Position numbers and translations under genes: made by a program. From a virus: a stretch of 51,231 nt of DNA. The stretch is from the IMG/VR virus record IMGVR_UViG_3300045988_044272. One strand, written 5' to 3'. The number at the start of each line of letters is the position of its first letter. Positions within the stretch are counted from its first letter, which is position 1. The notes under the pieces are model-generated. The model saw nothing but the letters and a program-made list of their open reading frames with translations, did not search any database and had not been told where the DNA came from. Below, piece after piece: positions 42,308 through 49,688 of the stretch.

Positions 42308-42928
42308 TTATCTAAATAACAAAACTTGATTCCACAAATCAATAAATTGTTCCCCGAATTGGCGGGCGCGAGCGGACGTTTTGAAGCAAAGCCGAGAACC
42401 GAAATGCGCATACGCACCCGAAGCCGTAGTAAGCGTATACGCACACACGAACCCCGCAGCATCATCGGAATATACAAACCACGGAAACCACTTTTCTTGA
42501 TTCCTGTTTGAGAAATCCGGGGTGAAATCATCTTCTTTGTTCCATGCTTGTGCAATAGTGCAAAGACGGTTGAAAGCAATAATGGCTTTAACGTGTTTGG
42601 GGTTAAGCTCTGAAACCAACCTTGTAACATCTTCAAGTTGGACACAATTACCCGAAAGAATCTTTTTGGCAACGGTAAAATCTGCATTGGGCTTGCCACC
42701 AAGATATTCCCTTGCCTTTTCATAATCTGTAACCACTTCGTTGATTTCCTTGCTCTCAATCTCTTCAAGGGTAAAATCAAACGGGGTCAAGTATTCTTCA
42801 TCGTCTGAATCCACATCTTCGTTGTGTTCCTCGATAAAGCTCAACATTTCATCTGCTGCTTCACTTTTTGAATCGAACTTTCCGCAAATTTCTTGCGTTT
42901 TCTTGTTTGTCACTAAATACTTTTTCAT
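42308..42928 (-). CDS. DGR target 2: small acidic protein with no signal peptide and a C-terminal VR, in the early operon
   Basis: 206 aa with no signal peptide or TM segment and an acidic N-terminal half. The C-terminus ...AAGFVCAYTLTTASGAYAHFGSRLCF is encoded by VR2 and parallels target 1 ...SAGFVSASSNHAAANANAAFGSRLCF. Confidence 0.75.
   Translation of the reverse strand: MKKYLVTNKKTQEICGKFDSKSEAADEMLSFIEEHNEDVDSDDEEYLTPFDFTLEEIESKEINEVVTDYEKAREYLGGKPNADFTVAKKILSGNCVQLEDVTRLVSELNPKHVKAIIAFNRLCTIAQAWNKEDDFTPDFSNRNQEKWFPWFVYSDDAAGFVCAYTLTTASGAYAHFGSRLCFKTSARARQFGEQFIDLWNQVLLFR
42384..42460 (-). repeat. DGR variable repeat 2 (VR2), matches the 3' 77 nt of TR
   Basis: Hand alignment to TR 4069..4145 (offset 38315, ungapped) gives 16 mismatches. 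All are at TR coding-strand adenines (16 of 22); none occur at the 55 other positions. Confidence 0.8.
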
Positions 42929-42939
42929 TGTTGTAAGAA

Positions 42940-43713
42940 TTAAAATGGTGATACATTGAAGTTCTTTATTGTCATTCCACTTCGTGCAATGTGAATGGTC
43001 TTGCCTGTTGCTTCCAAAATACCTTGCTTAAACTCCCTTTCATTTGAATTGCCATCCGAAAGGTGTATCAAGACAATGTTATTGACTTTTGACAAGTCGT
43101 TTGCAATCAAGGCTTCCTTGCACGTGTCATAACTGCAATGGCTTTTAATCGTCCGTTCACGCAAAGCCATCGGTAATTTTCCCGATTCCACATTAGCATC
43201 CAATATGTCTTGTCGGTAATTACATTCAATCAAGATGTTGTTCAAGCCTTGAAAGGTGTAATGCAAGTAATGTGTATCGGTCGCAAATAAGACCTTTCCG
43301 CATTCAGGGTGGAAAATCAGGAATCCGAAAGGTTCACTGGCATCATGTTGGACGACAAAGGGCAACACGTTGAAACTGCCGATTGCAACCTTGCATTGTG
43401 CATCCATCATCAACGGCGACAAATAAGGGTTCTTGAACTTCTTGATAACCTCATGCAATGTCCCGGTGGACATGTACACGGGAATACGGGCTTGAATGAA
43501 GTTTTCAACGTATTTGGCATGGTCGCCATGCTCATGTGATACGATTGCCCCTTTGATGCGTGAAATGTCAAAATTGACCGCCTTTTGCACCTCGTTGAAT
43601 GAAATACCACATTCAATTACCAAGGCTTCCTTGCCATTGTCAAGTATGTAGCAATTACCCTTTGAAGAAGAACCCAAAATTTTCAATTCCATAGTCTTTC
43701 GGATTTTATTCAT
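42940..43713 (-). CDS. Metallo-beta-lactamase-fold hydrolase (putative nuclease of the recombination module)
   Basis: The HxHxDH motif is VSHEHGDHAKY. It lies directly downstream of the RecT-like gene. Confidence 0.7.
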   Translation of the reverse strand: MNKIRKTMELKILGSSSKGNCYILDNGKEALVIECGISFNEVQKAVNFDISRIKGAIVSHEHGDHAKYVENFIQARIPVYMSTGTLHEVIKKFKNPYLSPLMMDAQCKVAIGSFNVLPFVVQHDASEPFGFLIFHPECGKVLFATDTHYLHYTFQGLNNILIECNYRQDILDANVESGKLPMALRERTIKSHCSYDTCKEALIANDLSKVNNIVLIHLSDGNSNEREFKQGILEATGKTIHIARSGMTIKNFNVSPF

Positions 43714-44667
43714 TTAGAAGCCGGGATTTGGCTTGTGTTCATCTTTCGGTGCTTCCGTGGTATCTTTGTTCACGCTTTCCGTTTCGGTGTTTCTTGGGGC
43801 TTGTTTAGGACTTTGATTGCCGTTTTCCTCAATATCTGCACCGATAGTTTCTTTATTGGCATTGTTCCGCCTTTCTTCTTCAGGGGATTCTATTACTTCT
43901 TGATAATCCACATCAACAATATCTTGTTGTTCCTCAATAGTGCGCATACCCATTGACAAGTCGGGTGCATAAACGGAAGTCCACCATGAAGCTGCACGAT
44001 ACATCAACATTTGTTTTGTCATGGTCTGCCACTTTGAGCCGTTCTTTGTAAACCAACCCTCTTGAATGGCAAGGCGGACGGAAACCGGGGATGATTCAAG
44101 CACTTCTTTTGAACCTTTCTTTGTCGTATATGCTACACATTCAATGTCTTGTATCGCCTTGCCATCAAACTGCTTTTGCACCGCTTGTTTTCGGTTGCTT
44201 CGTGAATCCCAAACATAATCGGTATAATCAACCATTCCCAACATACCTTTGTTGGTGAAGCGGTATTGCAGCGGTTCAAAGCGACCGCAAGAATTGACGG
44301 TTGCAATCAAGAACTTTGACGACCAAGACGGCTTGCCATAAATCGGCACCATGTTTTGCATCACCATCAATGGACTTGCACCGATACGCATTGAAATCTC
44401 AATGGCAATCATGCAATTGGCAACGGCTTTGTTTTGCGCGGCTTGGTTTTCAAGTTGAATTGCCGCAATTTGTTCGGGATTTGCATTTGCCGGAACTTGC
44501 TTAAATGTCGGTTTGTAATTGTCCGGCACAAGGTCGGATGAAGCGAACATTTTGCAAACTCTCTGCATAGTTTCAAACTGTACCGGGTCAAAGAAGTTGA
44601 ATCCGGCATTCATCGGGTTGGTGGTTGTTACAACTCCAACCGGGTTTTGTTTCTGAATTTCGTTCAT
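43714..44667 (-). CDS. RecT-like single-strand annealing protein
   Basis: 317 aa between the SbcC-like ATPase and the MBL hydrolase. The central region is RecT-like, and the C-terminal tail is acidic/basic low-complexity. Confidence 0.5.
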   Translation of the reverse strand: MNEIQKQNPVGVVTTTNPMNAGFNFFDPVQFETMQRVCKMFASSDLVPDNYKPTFKQVPANANPEQIAAIQLENQAAQNKAVANCMIAIEISMRIGASPLMVMQNMVPIYGKPSWSSKFLIATVNSCGRFEPLQYRFTNKGMLGMVDYTDYVWDSRSNRKQAVQKQFDGKAIQDIECVAYTTKKGSKEVLESSPVSVRLAIQEGWFTKNGSKWQTMTKQMLMYRAASWWTSVYAPDLSMGMRTIEEQQDIVDVDYQEVIESPEEERRNNANKETIGADIEENGNQSPKQAPRNTETESVNKDTTEAPKDEHKPNPGF

Positions 44668-44675
44668 AATTGATA

Positions 44676-46634
44676 TTATTTGATGGTTAAGAAATTGTCT
44701 TTGTTTACAACCAAATTGATTATTTGGCTTTGCGTTTCGATAATGTCATTGACCGATTCCCGGTTATCAATGAAAATTGGTGCGCAAACCCCATAGAACT
44801 TGCACAACGTGTTGATAATGTCAAGACCCGCATTCATCTTGCTTGCAGTGTTTGCGCTGCCGTAAGGGACACCGCCGATTGTTGGAATGCACGTTTCAAC
44901 CGGGTTGCCGTCGTTGGTATAATCGAACAAATGGAATGATACAACTTTGAACATCGCATTGATACGGCTTTCACATTCATCAATCTTGTTTTTGGTGAAC
45001 TGTGCAATGGTGTATTCTTCACGCTCTGCATCGGCAATCATTTGTGCAAGTTGCTTGCCCCTTTCTTCAAGGTCTGCAATTTCCTTTTCACAACGGGCAA
45101 TGACATCACGTTTTGCAAGGCGTGCGACCAAATCACCACGTTTTTTGTTACATTCCGCCTTTTGGGTCTGTAAATCGGCGGTATCAATGCCCGAATTGTC
45201 GGTTATAATGGTTGCTTCAATGTCGGCAATCTCCTTTTGCTTTGCTACATATTCGGGTATTTGTTCAGGAACGACGGTGGCAATATCAATAACCGGGACT
45301 TCAACGAATTTTTCTTTGAGTGTATCAAGTTCATTACACAATGTTTCTTTGGTTTTAACCGCATTGTCCACATCTTGTTTGATTTCATCAACTTTGGCTT
45401 CAAGTTCCGAAACCTTATCACCAAGTCTTTTGCCCTCGGTTGATATGTCATTGCATTTTTCGGCTTGTGCCTTGGTGAATACCTCACGGGCTTTTGAAAT
45501 CATATTTTCGGGCAACTCTTGTCCACAATGTGGGCAAACTGTTTCACCATTGTAGGTCTTTTCATTTTCCGCAAACCATTTGTTGCGCAAATCGTCTTGC
45601 TTGGTCTTGATACCCTCAATTTCACGGTGAATTTTGGCAATTTCAACTTGCCCGGCGGTTATTTCCTTTCGGGTGTTTTCAAGTTGTCTTTCCTTATCCT
45701 TGATTTGGCTTTCAAGTTCACGGCGGCTTGCATTGGCTTCAAAGGCGGCATTTTGAGCCTTGCTCTTGGCATCGAAAAGAATTTGTTGACATTCTGATTT
45801 CAAGTTGTTTACCCTTTTTTGCTTGTTTTGTTCCGCTTCATATTGGCGACGGATTGCGGCGGTTACGTCTGCAATTGCCTTGTCGATTTCTGCAATCTCC
45901 TTGTCTATTTGTTCAATCTCCACTTCTATTTCATGGAAATCTTCATTTTCCGGCTTCATCTTGTGTGTTTGGTCAATCCTTGGTTGGATTTGTGCCAATT
46001 CATCTTGCAAGCGCTTTTTCCGTGCCACCAATTCTTTTTTGAAGTCTGCAAGTGATTTACCGCTTATCTTGTCAAGTAAAAGGGCAAATTCGGGATTCCG
46101 TGAAGCAATTTCAGCATCTGTAATTGTCCCTGCAAGCTGAAACAATTGTTCACGTTGTAACTTCCAATTCATACCCACGAAGAAAGCCGGGTTTGTAATC
46201 ATCTTGAACACGGATGAATCAATAATGGCTTCAATTCGTTTTGTGTACTCACCGACATTTACCGGGGTGTCATTCCACCAACATTCGGTATGGTTGCCTT
46301 TGAACACCCTTTCAACTTGTCCACGTGGCTTCACCCAATCTTCTACAAATGCACGTTTCAATGTGATTTCTTGACCATCAACCACAATAACACCCGACAC
46401 GCTGCATTCCACGTTGTGAAGTTCTTGCCCGTTGATTCGGGTTTTTACTTCATAATCCTTACGGTCTTGGGTGTCTTTGCCGAATAGTAGCCAAATGAAA
46501 GCATCAAAATGGCGTGATTTACCCATGCCGTTACCACCTGTTATTGTGGTGACATCGGCATTGAAATTCGTTATCCGTTCCTTTTCACCTTTGAAGTTGC
46601 AAAGGGTAAGGGATTTTAAAACTACCTGTTTCAT
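44676..46634 (-). CDS. SbcC/Rad50-like AAA ATPase with long coiled coil
   Basis: N-terminal LTLCNFKGEKERITNF...TITGGNGMGKSRHFDAFIWLLFG (Walker A), a long central coiled coil with CPHCGQ (zinc-hook-like), and a C-terminal ABC signature region. Confidence 0.8.
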   Translation of the reverse strand: MKQVVLKSLTLCNFKGEKERITNFNADVTTITGGNGMGKSRHFDAFIWLLFGKDTQDRKDYEVKTRINGQELHNVECSVSGVIVVDGQEITLKRAFVEDWVKPRGQVERVFKGNHTECWWNDTPVNVGEYTKRIEAIIDSSVFKMITNPAFFVGMNWKLQREQLFQLAGTITDAEIASRNPEFALLLDKISGKSLADFKKELVARKKRLQDELAQIQPRIDQTHKMKPENEDFHEIEVEIEQIDKEIAEIDKAIADVTAAIRRQYEAEQNKQKRVNNLKSECQQILFDAKSKAQNAAFEANASRRELESQIKDKERQLENTRKEITAGQVEIAKIHREIEGIKTKQDDLRNKWFAENEKTYNGETVCPHCGQELPENMISKAREVFTKAQAEKCNDISTEGKRLGDKVSELEAKVDEIKQDVDNAVKTKETLCNELDTLKEKFVEVPVIDIATVVPEQIPEYVAKQKEIADIEATIITDNSGIDTADLQTQKAECNKKRGDLVARLAKRDVIARCEKEIADLEERGKQLAQMIADAEREEYTIAQFTKNKIDECESRINAMFKVVSFHLFDYTNDGNPVETCIPTIGGVPYGSANTASKMNAGLDIINTLCKFYGVCAPIFIDNRESVNDIIETQSQIINLVVNKDNFLTIK

Positions 46635-46643
46635 TGTTAGATA

Positions 46644-46928
46644 TTATTTATTAGTTCTTTTATATAATTCCAAGGCAAGGTCGGCATCAACCACTATGAT
46701 TCGCCCGGTCTGTGTTATTGCCCGGTCTATTCGTCCACTTGCCTTGATTCGGTTTGCCGTTGTCACACTGCAATTGAACAATTGGGCTATTCCGGCAATT
46801 CCATAAACCAACCTTTTGTCGGGTAAGGTCTGCACTTGTGGGGTGCTTGGGGTTGCCGATTCCAGCAAGTCCACAAGTTCGCCAACCGTCAGGTCGATAA
46901 TCCTTGTATTGGGGTCGATTTTTATCAT
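46644..46928 (-). CDS. Small HTH DNA-binding protein
   Basis: YGIAGIAQLFNCSVTTANRIKASGRIDRAI is HTH-like. Confidence 0.45.
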   Translation of the reverse strand: MIKIDPNTRIIDLTVGELVDLLESATPSTPQVQTLPDKRLVYGIAGIAQLFNCSVTTANRIKASGRIDRAITQTGRIIVVDADLALELYKRTNK

Positions 46929-46934
46929 TAGCCG

Positions 46935-47159
46935 TTAAATATCATCGTCCATATCGGGCAATAAGCCTTTTGATTCCCATCGTACAAATAATTTGTATGC
47001 GATATATCCCACAAGGAACGCAAGCCCCTTTGTCATAAAGAACACCCGAAACCATGTTTCATCTTCAATGGGTTCACCACATAAAAGTATTAGTGCAATA
47101 GACCATAATATGCCCAAGATGGAACTTCTTATAATTTGCATTGTTACATTCTCTTTCAT
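46935..47159 (-). CDS. Small membrane protein
   Basis: 74 aa with two hydrophobic helices (ILGILWSIALILLCG; GLAFLVGYIAYKLFV). Confidence 0.45.
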   Translation of the reverse strand: MKENVTMQIIRSSILGILWSIALILLCGEPIEDETWFRVFFMTKGLAFLVGYIAYKLFVRWESKGLLPDMDDDI

Positions 47160-47180
47160 TGTTGCGAAATTTTAAATGTT

Positions 47181-47570
47181 CTACATTGTGAAATTGACCT
47201 TTGGAAAGTCGTTTTCGGATTTTCTTCTTGCTCTAACTCTCACTGTCCGGCAAGTGGTGTTGCGAATCCTTATTGCCGTATTGTCAAAGTCAATCATTTG
47301 CGGAATCATCAAGACAAGAAGAATTGTTGTGATTACATTGCGTTTAAAAGGCGACAAATCGAAAGAAATATGAAAATTCGTGCAAAACCACCATGCGGAC
47401 AATTCATTGACTTTGGAACACCCGACCTTTTCGTATATGTTTCGGGTATGGTTTTCCACCGTCCGTTCCGAAATGTAAAGTCGGGTGGCAATGTCTTTTT
47501 TGCTTGCACCCCAAGCGAACAATTCTGCAATTTCGGATTCGCGTTTGGTTAATTCTGCAAATTCATTCAT
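47181..47570 (-). CDS. LuxR-type HTH regulator with predicted C-terminal TM segment
   Basis: SEIAELFAWGASKKDIATRLYISERTVENHTRNIYEKVG is a LuxR/GerE HTH. It is followed by the hydrophobic stretch VITTILLVLMIP. Confidence 0.6.
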   Translation of the reverse strand: MNEFAELTKRESEIAELFAWGASKKDIATRLYISERTVENHTRNIYEKVGCSKVNELSAWWFCTNFHISFDLSPFKRNVITTILLVLMIPQMIDFDNTAIRIRNTTCRTVRVRARRKSENDFPKVNFTM

Positions 47571-47875
47571 TGTTTCTTTCCTTGATTAAACCTTTCACCA
47601 TGTACCGGGTTTTCACACACTTCTATCACTTCACCGCTCATTATATAAGCGTCCAAATCTTCAATAGCAAAATAGGTGTCTTTGCCGTTTGGACGGTAAT
47701 ATTTTACCTTGCGATTAAAGCAAAGGCGGTTCATCATACTTGAAGAAACACCCAAGTATTCAACGGCTTCTTTTCTTGAAAGAAAGCGTTTTTGTACTCC
47801 TATAACGCCACTATTCTTTTTCATAATCTTCCAATCGTTTTGCAAGTTCATCGAATACTTTTTTGAAATGGTCAA
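47567..47875 (-). CDS. Excisionase-family (MerR-like) HTH protein
   Basis: FLSRKEAVEYLGVSSSMMNRLCFNRKVKYYRPNGKDTYFAIEDLDAYI has the HTH_17/Xis-like pattern. Confidence 0.55.
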   Translation of the reverse strand: MTISKKYSMNLQNDWKIMKKNSGVIGVQKRFLSRKEAVEYLGVSSSMMNRLCFNRKVKYYRPNGKDTYFAIEDLDAYIMSGEVIEVCENPVHGERFNQGKKQ

Positions 47876-48023
47876 TACCTATTTTTCCGTATTCTGCAAC
47901 ATCAAGAAATGATTTGTACGCTTCTTGCTCAATCATCATTTCTTCTTCCGGGTATAATTTTTCTTTTTCCATATTAAGCCCCCCAAACTTCTTTAATGCC
48001 AAATTCGGCAAAGATTGATTCAA
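47811..48023 (-). CDS. Hypothetical small protein
   Basis: 70-aa ORF overlapping both neighbours; the start is uncertain. Confidence 0.35.
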   Translation of the reverse strand: MNQSLPNLALKKFGGLNMEKEKLYPEEEMMIEQEAYKSFLDVAEYGKIGIDHFKKVFDELAKRLEDYEKE

Positions 48024-48243
48024 TTGCTTTTGCTTCTGATACTTTCGGCTCTACATCGCCCCTTAATCGGTTTAAGAAAGCCATTCGGGTTGTTATACCC
48101 AATGCTTCCATCAACTTCTTTCTACACTTTCGGACATCGCCGTTCTTAACTTGCGACCATCCTTTGTTGAATGAAAATTGTTCTTTACTCATACTCTGTT
48201 GTTTATAAAGTGAATTTTTCGTTGTTTCCTTTTGGAATGCCAT
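47974..48243 (-). CDS. First leftward early gene; possible Cro-like regulator
   Basis: 89 aa, divergent from the XRE repressor gene. RKKLMEALGITTRMAFLNRLRG is HTH-like. Confidence 0.35.
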   Translation of the reverse strand: MAFQKETTKNSLYKQQSMSKEQFSFNKGWSQVKNGDVRKCRKKLMEALGITTRMAFLNRLRGDVEPKVSEAKAIESIFAEFGIKEVWGA

Positions 48244-48316
48244 TAAAATGACGTAATTTTGCTATTTGTATATGTTCGTCTTTGCTTTAACTTTGCATTG
48301 TCGAACTTTACAAGTG

Positions 48317-48324
48317 CAAATATA
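48317..48324 (-). promoter_or_regulatory. Leftward -7 box TATATTTG (TAnnTTTG) of the switch region
   Basis: Plus-strand caaatata. On the minus strand a TTG/TTTG element lies 17-21 nt upstream, with operator palindrome O1 between the two elements. Confidence 0.4.
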
Positions 48325-48337
48325 CGGAATAATCCGT
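48324..48337. promoter_or_regulatory. Operator-like palindrome O1 ACGGA-ATAA-TCCGT
   Basis: Read directly, in the 156-bp divergent intergenic region. Confidence 0.5.
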
Positions 48338-48356
48338 GAAACAAACAAGAAAAAAA

Positions 48357-48372
48357 CACGGAAAAATCCGTG
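48357..48372. promoter_or_regulatory. Operator-like palindrome O2 CACGGA-AAAA-TCCGTG
   Basis: Read directly. Same half-sites as O1, with centres 34 bp apart. Confidence 0.5.
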
Positions 48373-48399
48373 TTGATTTTTAGCATTGTAAATATTTAA

Positions 48400-48777
48400 T
48401 TGATTATGAACGATATAGACATTAAAAAAATTCGCAAGGAATTAGGCTTAACCCAAGTGGAATTGGCGAAAAGACTTGGTGTTGACACTAAAACCGTGCA
48501 AAATTGGGAATATGGTTCTAATATTCCGAAATCCAAGCACGCAATTTTGCGTAATTTGATAAAGAAGCCACAAATGTATGCCGGGGGTGGAGAACAAACC
48601 AATATTCATGGCAATAACATCAATGGCAACAATGTAACGGTAAACCAAGCCGAAACAATGGATAAATTGATAGAAGTTCTTGCAATGAAAGAAGCATCCT
48701 TGGTCAAAGCACAAGAACATATTGATAAACTATTAGAAATAATCGGGAACTTAACGAAAGGAAATAACAATGGTTGA
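48400..48777 (+). CDS. XRE-family HTH repressor (CI-like)
   Basis: IRKELGLTQVELAKRLGVDTKTVQNWEYG. First gene of the plus-strand lysogeny operon, divergent from the early operon. Confidence 0.8.
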   Translation: MIMNDIDIKKIRKELGLTQVELAKRLGVDTKTVQNWEYGSNIPKSKHAILRNLIKKPQMYAGGGEQTNIHGNNINGNNVTVNQAETMDKLIEVLAMKEASLVKAQEHIDKLLEIIGNLTKGNNNG

Positions 48778-48955
48778 AATTGAAGTAAACAAGTATTATG
48801 GCAATCCGTCTTATTATTCGGTAATGCCACAAGAAATTTTTGATGCACTCGAATTGGCAAGCCTGAAAGGTGAAGAATATGCTACTGTAAATAAAGACCT
48901 ATTCGATAAAATGATTGTTGAATATGATAAAAAGATGAAGTTATGCAAAGAGTGA
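48770..48955 (+). CDS. Hypothetical small protein
   Basis: 61-aa ORF overlapping the repressor stop by 8 nt. Confidence 0.45.
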   Translation: MVEIEVNKYYGNPSYYSVMPQEIFDALELASLKGEEYATVNKDLFDKMIVEYDKKMKLCKE

Positions 48956-49401
48956 TTCAATATATATTTATTATTTGTGCATTCGCATTGTCATTTTCAA
49001 GTTGTTCAAAATCGAGCGATGAAGATGAAGAACCGCAAACTAAATTAAGTACGATTGCCGGAACGTGGCTTGAATACGCATATCTTAATAGTGACGGATA
49101 TTTTACCGATATATCCAATACGGGATATAATATGTATTATGAATTTGCCATACCAAATAAATTCACGCAATATTCTATCAATGAAAACGGCGAAAAGGAA
49201 ATTTCACATACGGGAACATGGGGTTATTCCGCCGAATCGCAACACGTATATATTGAAGAAGAACGCGGGTGGAATTTGGACATTTCCGTTGAATTTGATA
49301 ATGATATAAAGAATGATGGTTTATTTCATGCTACTTTTGACATAAAGGGGCGAACACCAAACCAATCTTCAACAATCAAAGTTAAAAGGATAAGTCAATG
49401 A
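48943..49401 (+). CDS. Lysogeny-module lipoprotein (possible superinfection-exclusion or moron function)
   Basis: Signal with lipobox IFIICAFALSFSSC. Lies between the repressor and the integrase. Confidence 0.55.
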   Translation: MQRVIQYIFIICAFALSFSSCSKSSDEDEEPQTKLSTIAGTWLEYAYLNSDGYFTDISNTGYNMYYEFAIPNKFTQYSINENGEKEISHTGTWGYSAESQHVYIEEERGWNLDISVEFDNDIKNDGLFHATFDIKGRTPNQSSTIKVKRISQ

Positions 49402-49688
49402 AAAAATCTATCAATCCACGGGCAATTGAAATCCAACGGCGATTTTTTGAAGCATTGGACATGGCTATTTCCTTGGGCAAGGTAAATGGTTTGAAAGGTT
49501 TTTGTGATACCCACAAATTGAACCGCACCAAGTATTCAAGGATAAAAAACGACTTGAACAAACCGCTTGATGAAATGACATACAAGATGATTGATTTGGA
49601 TGCACTTTCGGGCATTTGTACGGACTTTGGCGTATCGGCTGAATGGTTGTTGCTCGGACGTGGAAAAATGCTTAAATCGGACAAATAA
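49398..49688 (+). CDS. Phage CI-repressor-type HTH protein (possible recombination directionality or regulatory factor)
   Basis: C-terminal LSGICTDFGVSAEWLLLGRGKM matches the ...WLLtGeG ending of the Phage_CI_repr family. Its stop overlaps the integrase start. Confidence 0.45.
   Translation: MKKSINPRAIEIQRRFFEALDMAISLGKVNGLKGFCDTHKLNRTKYSRIKNDLNKPLDEMTYKMIDLDALSGICTDFGVSAEWLLLGRGKMLKSDK

Noticed and set aside
4069-42460. Three copies of a ~77-116-nt repeat as a possible CRISPR-like or transposon repeat
   Set aside because: There are only three copies, two of them inside coding C-termini. Differences are confined to template adenines. There is no spacer-repeat periodicity and no cas genes.
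42271-42780. ORFs 42271..42780(-) and 42326..42511(+) overlapping VR2
   Set aside because: They have the same Arg-rich repeat-derived translations (RLLRLRVRMR). The frame encoding the 206-aa protein gives the CLec-like ...GFV...FGSRLCF ending shared with target 1.
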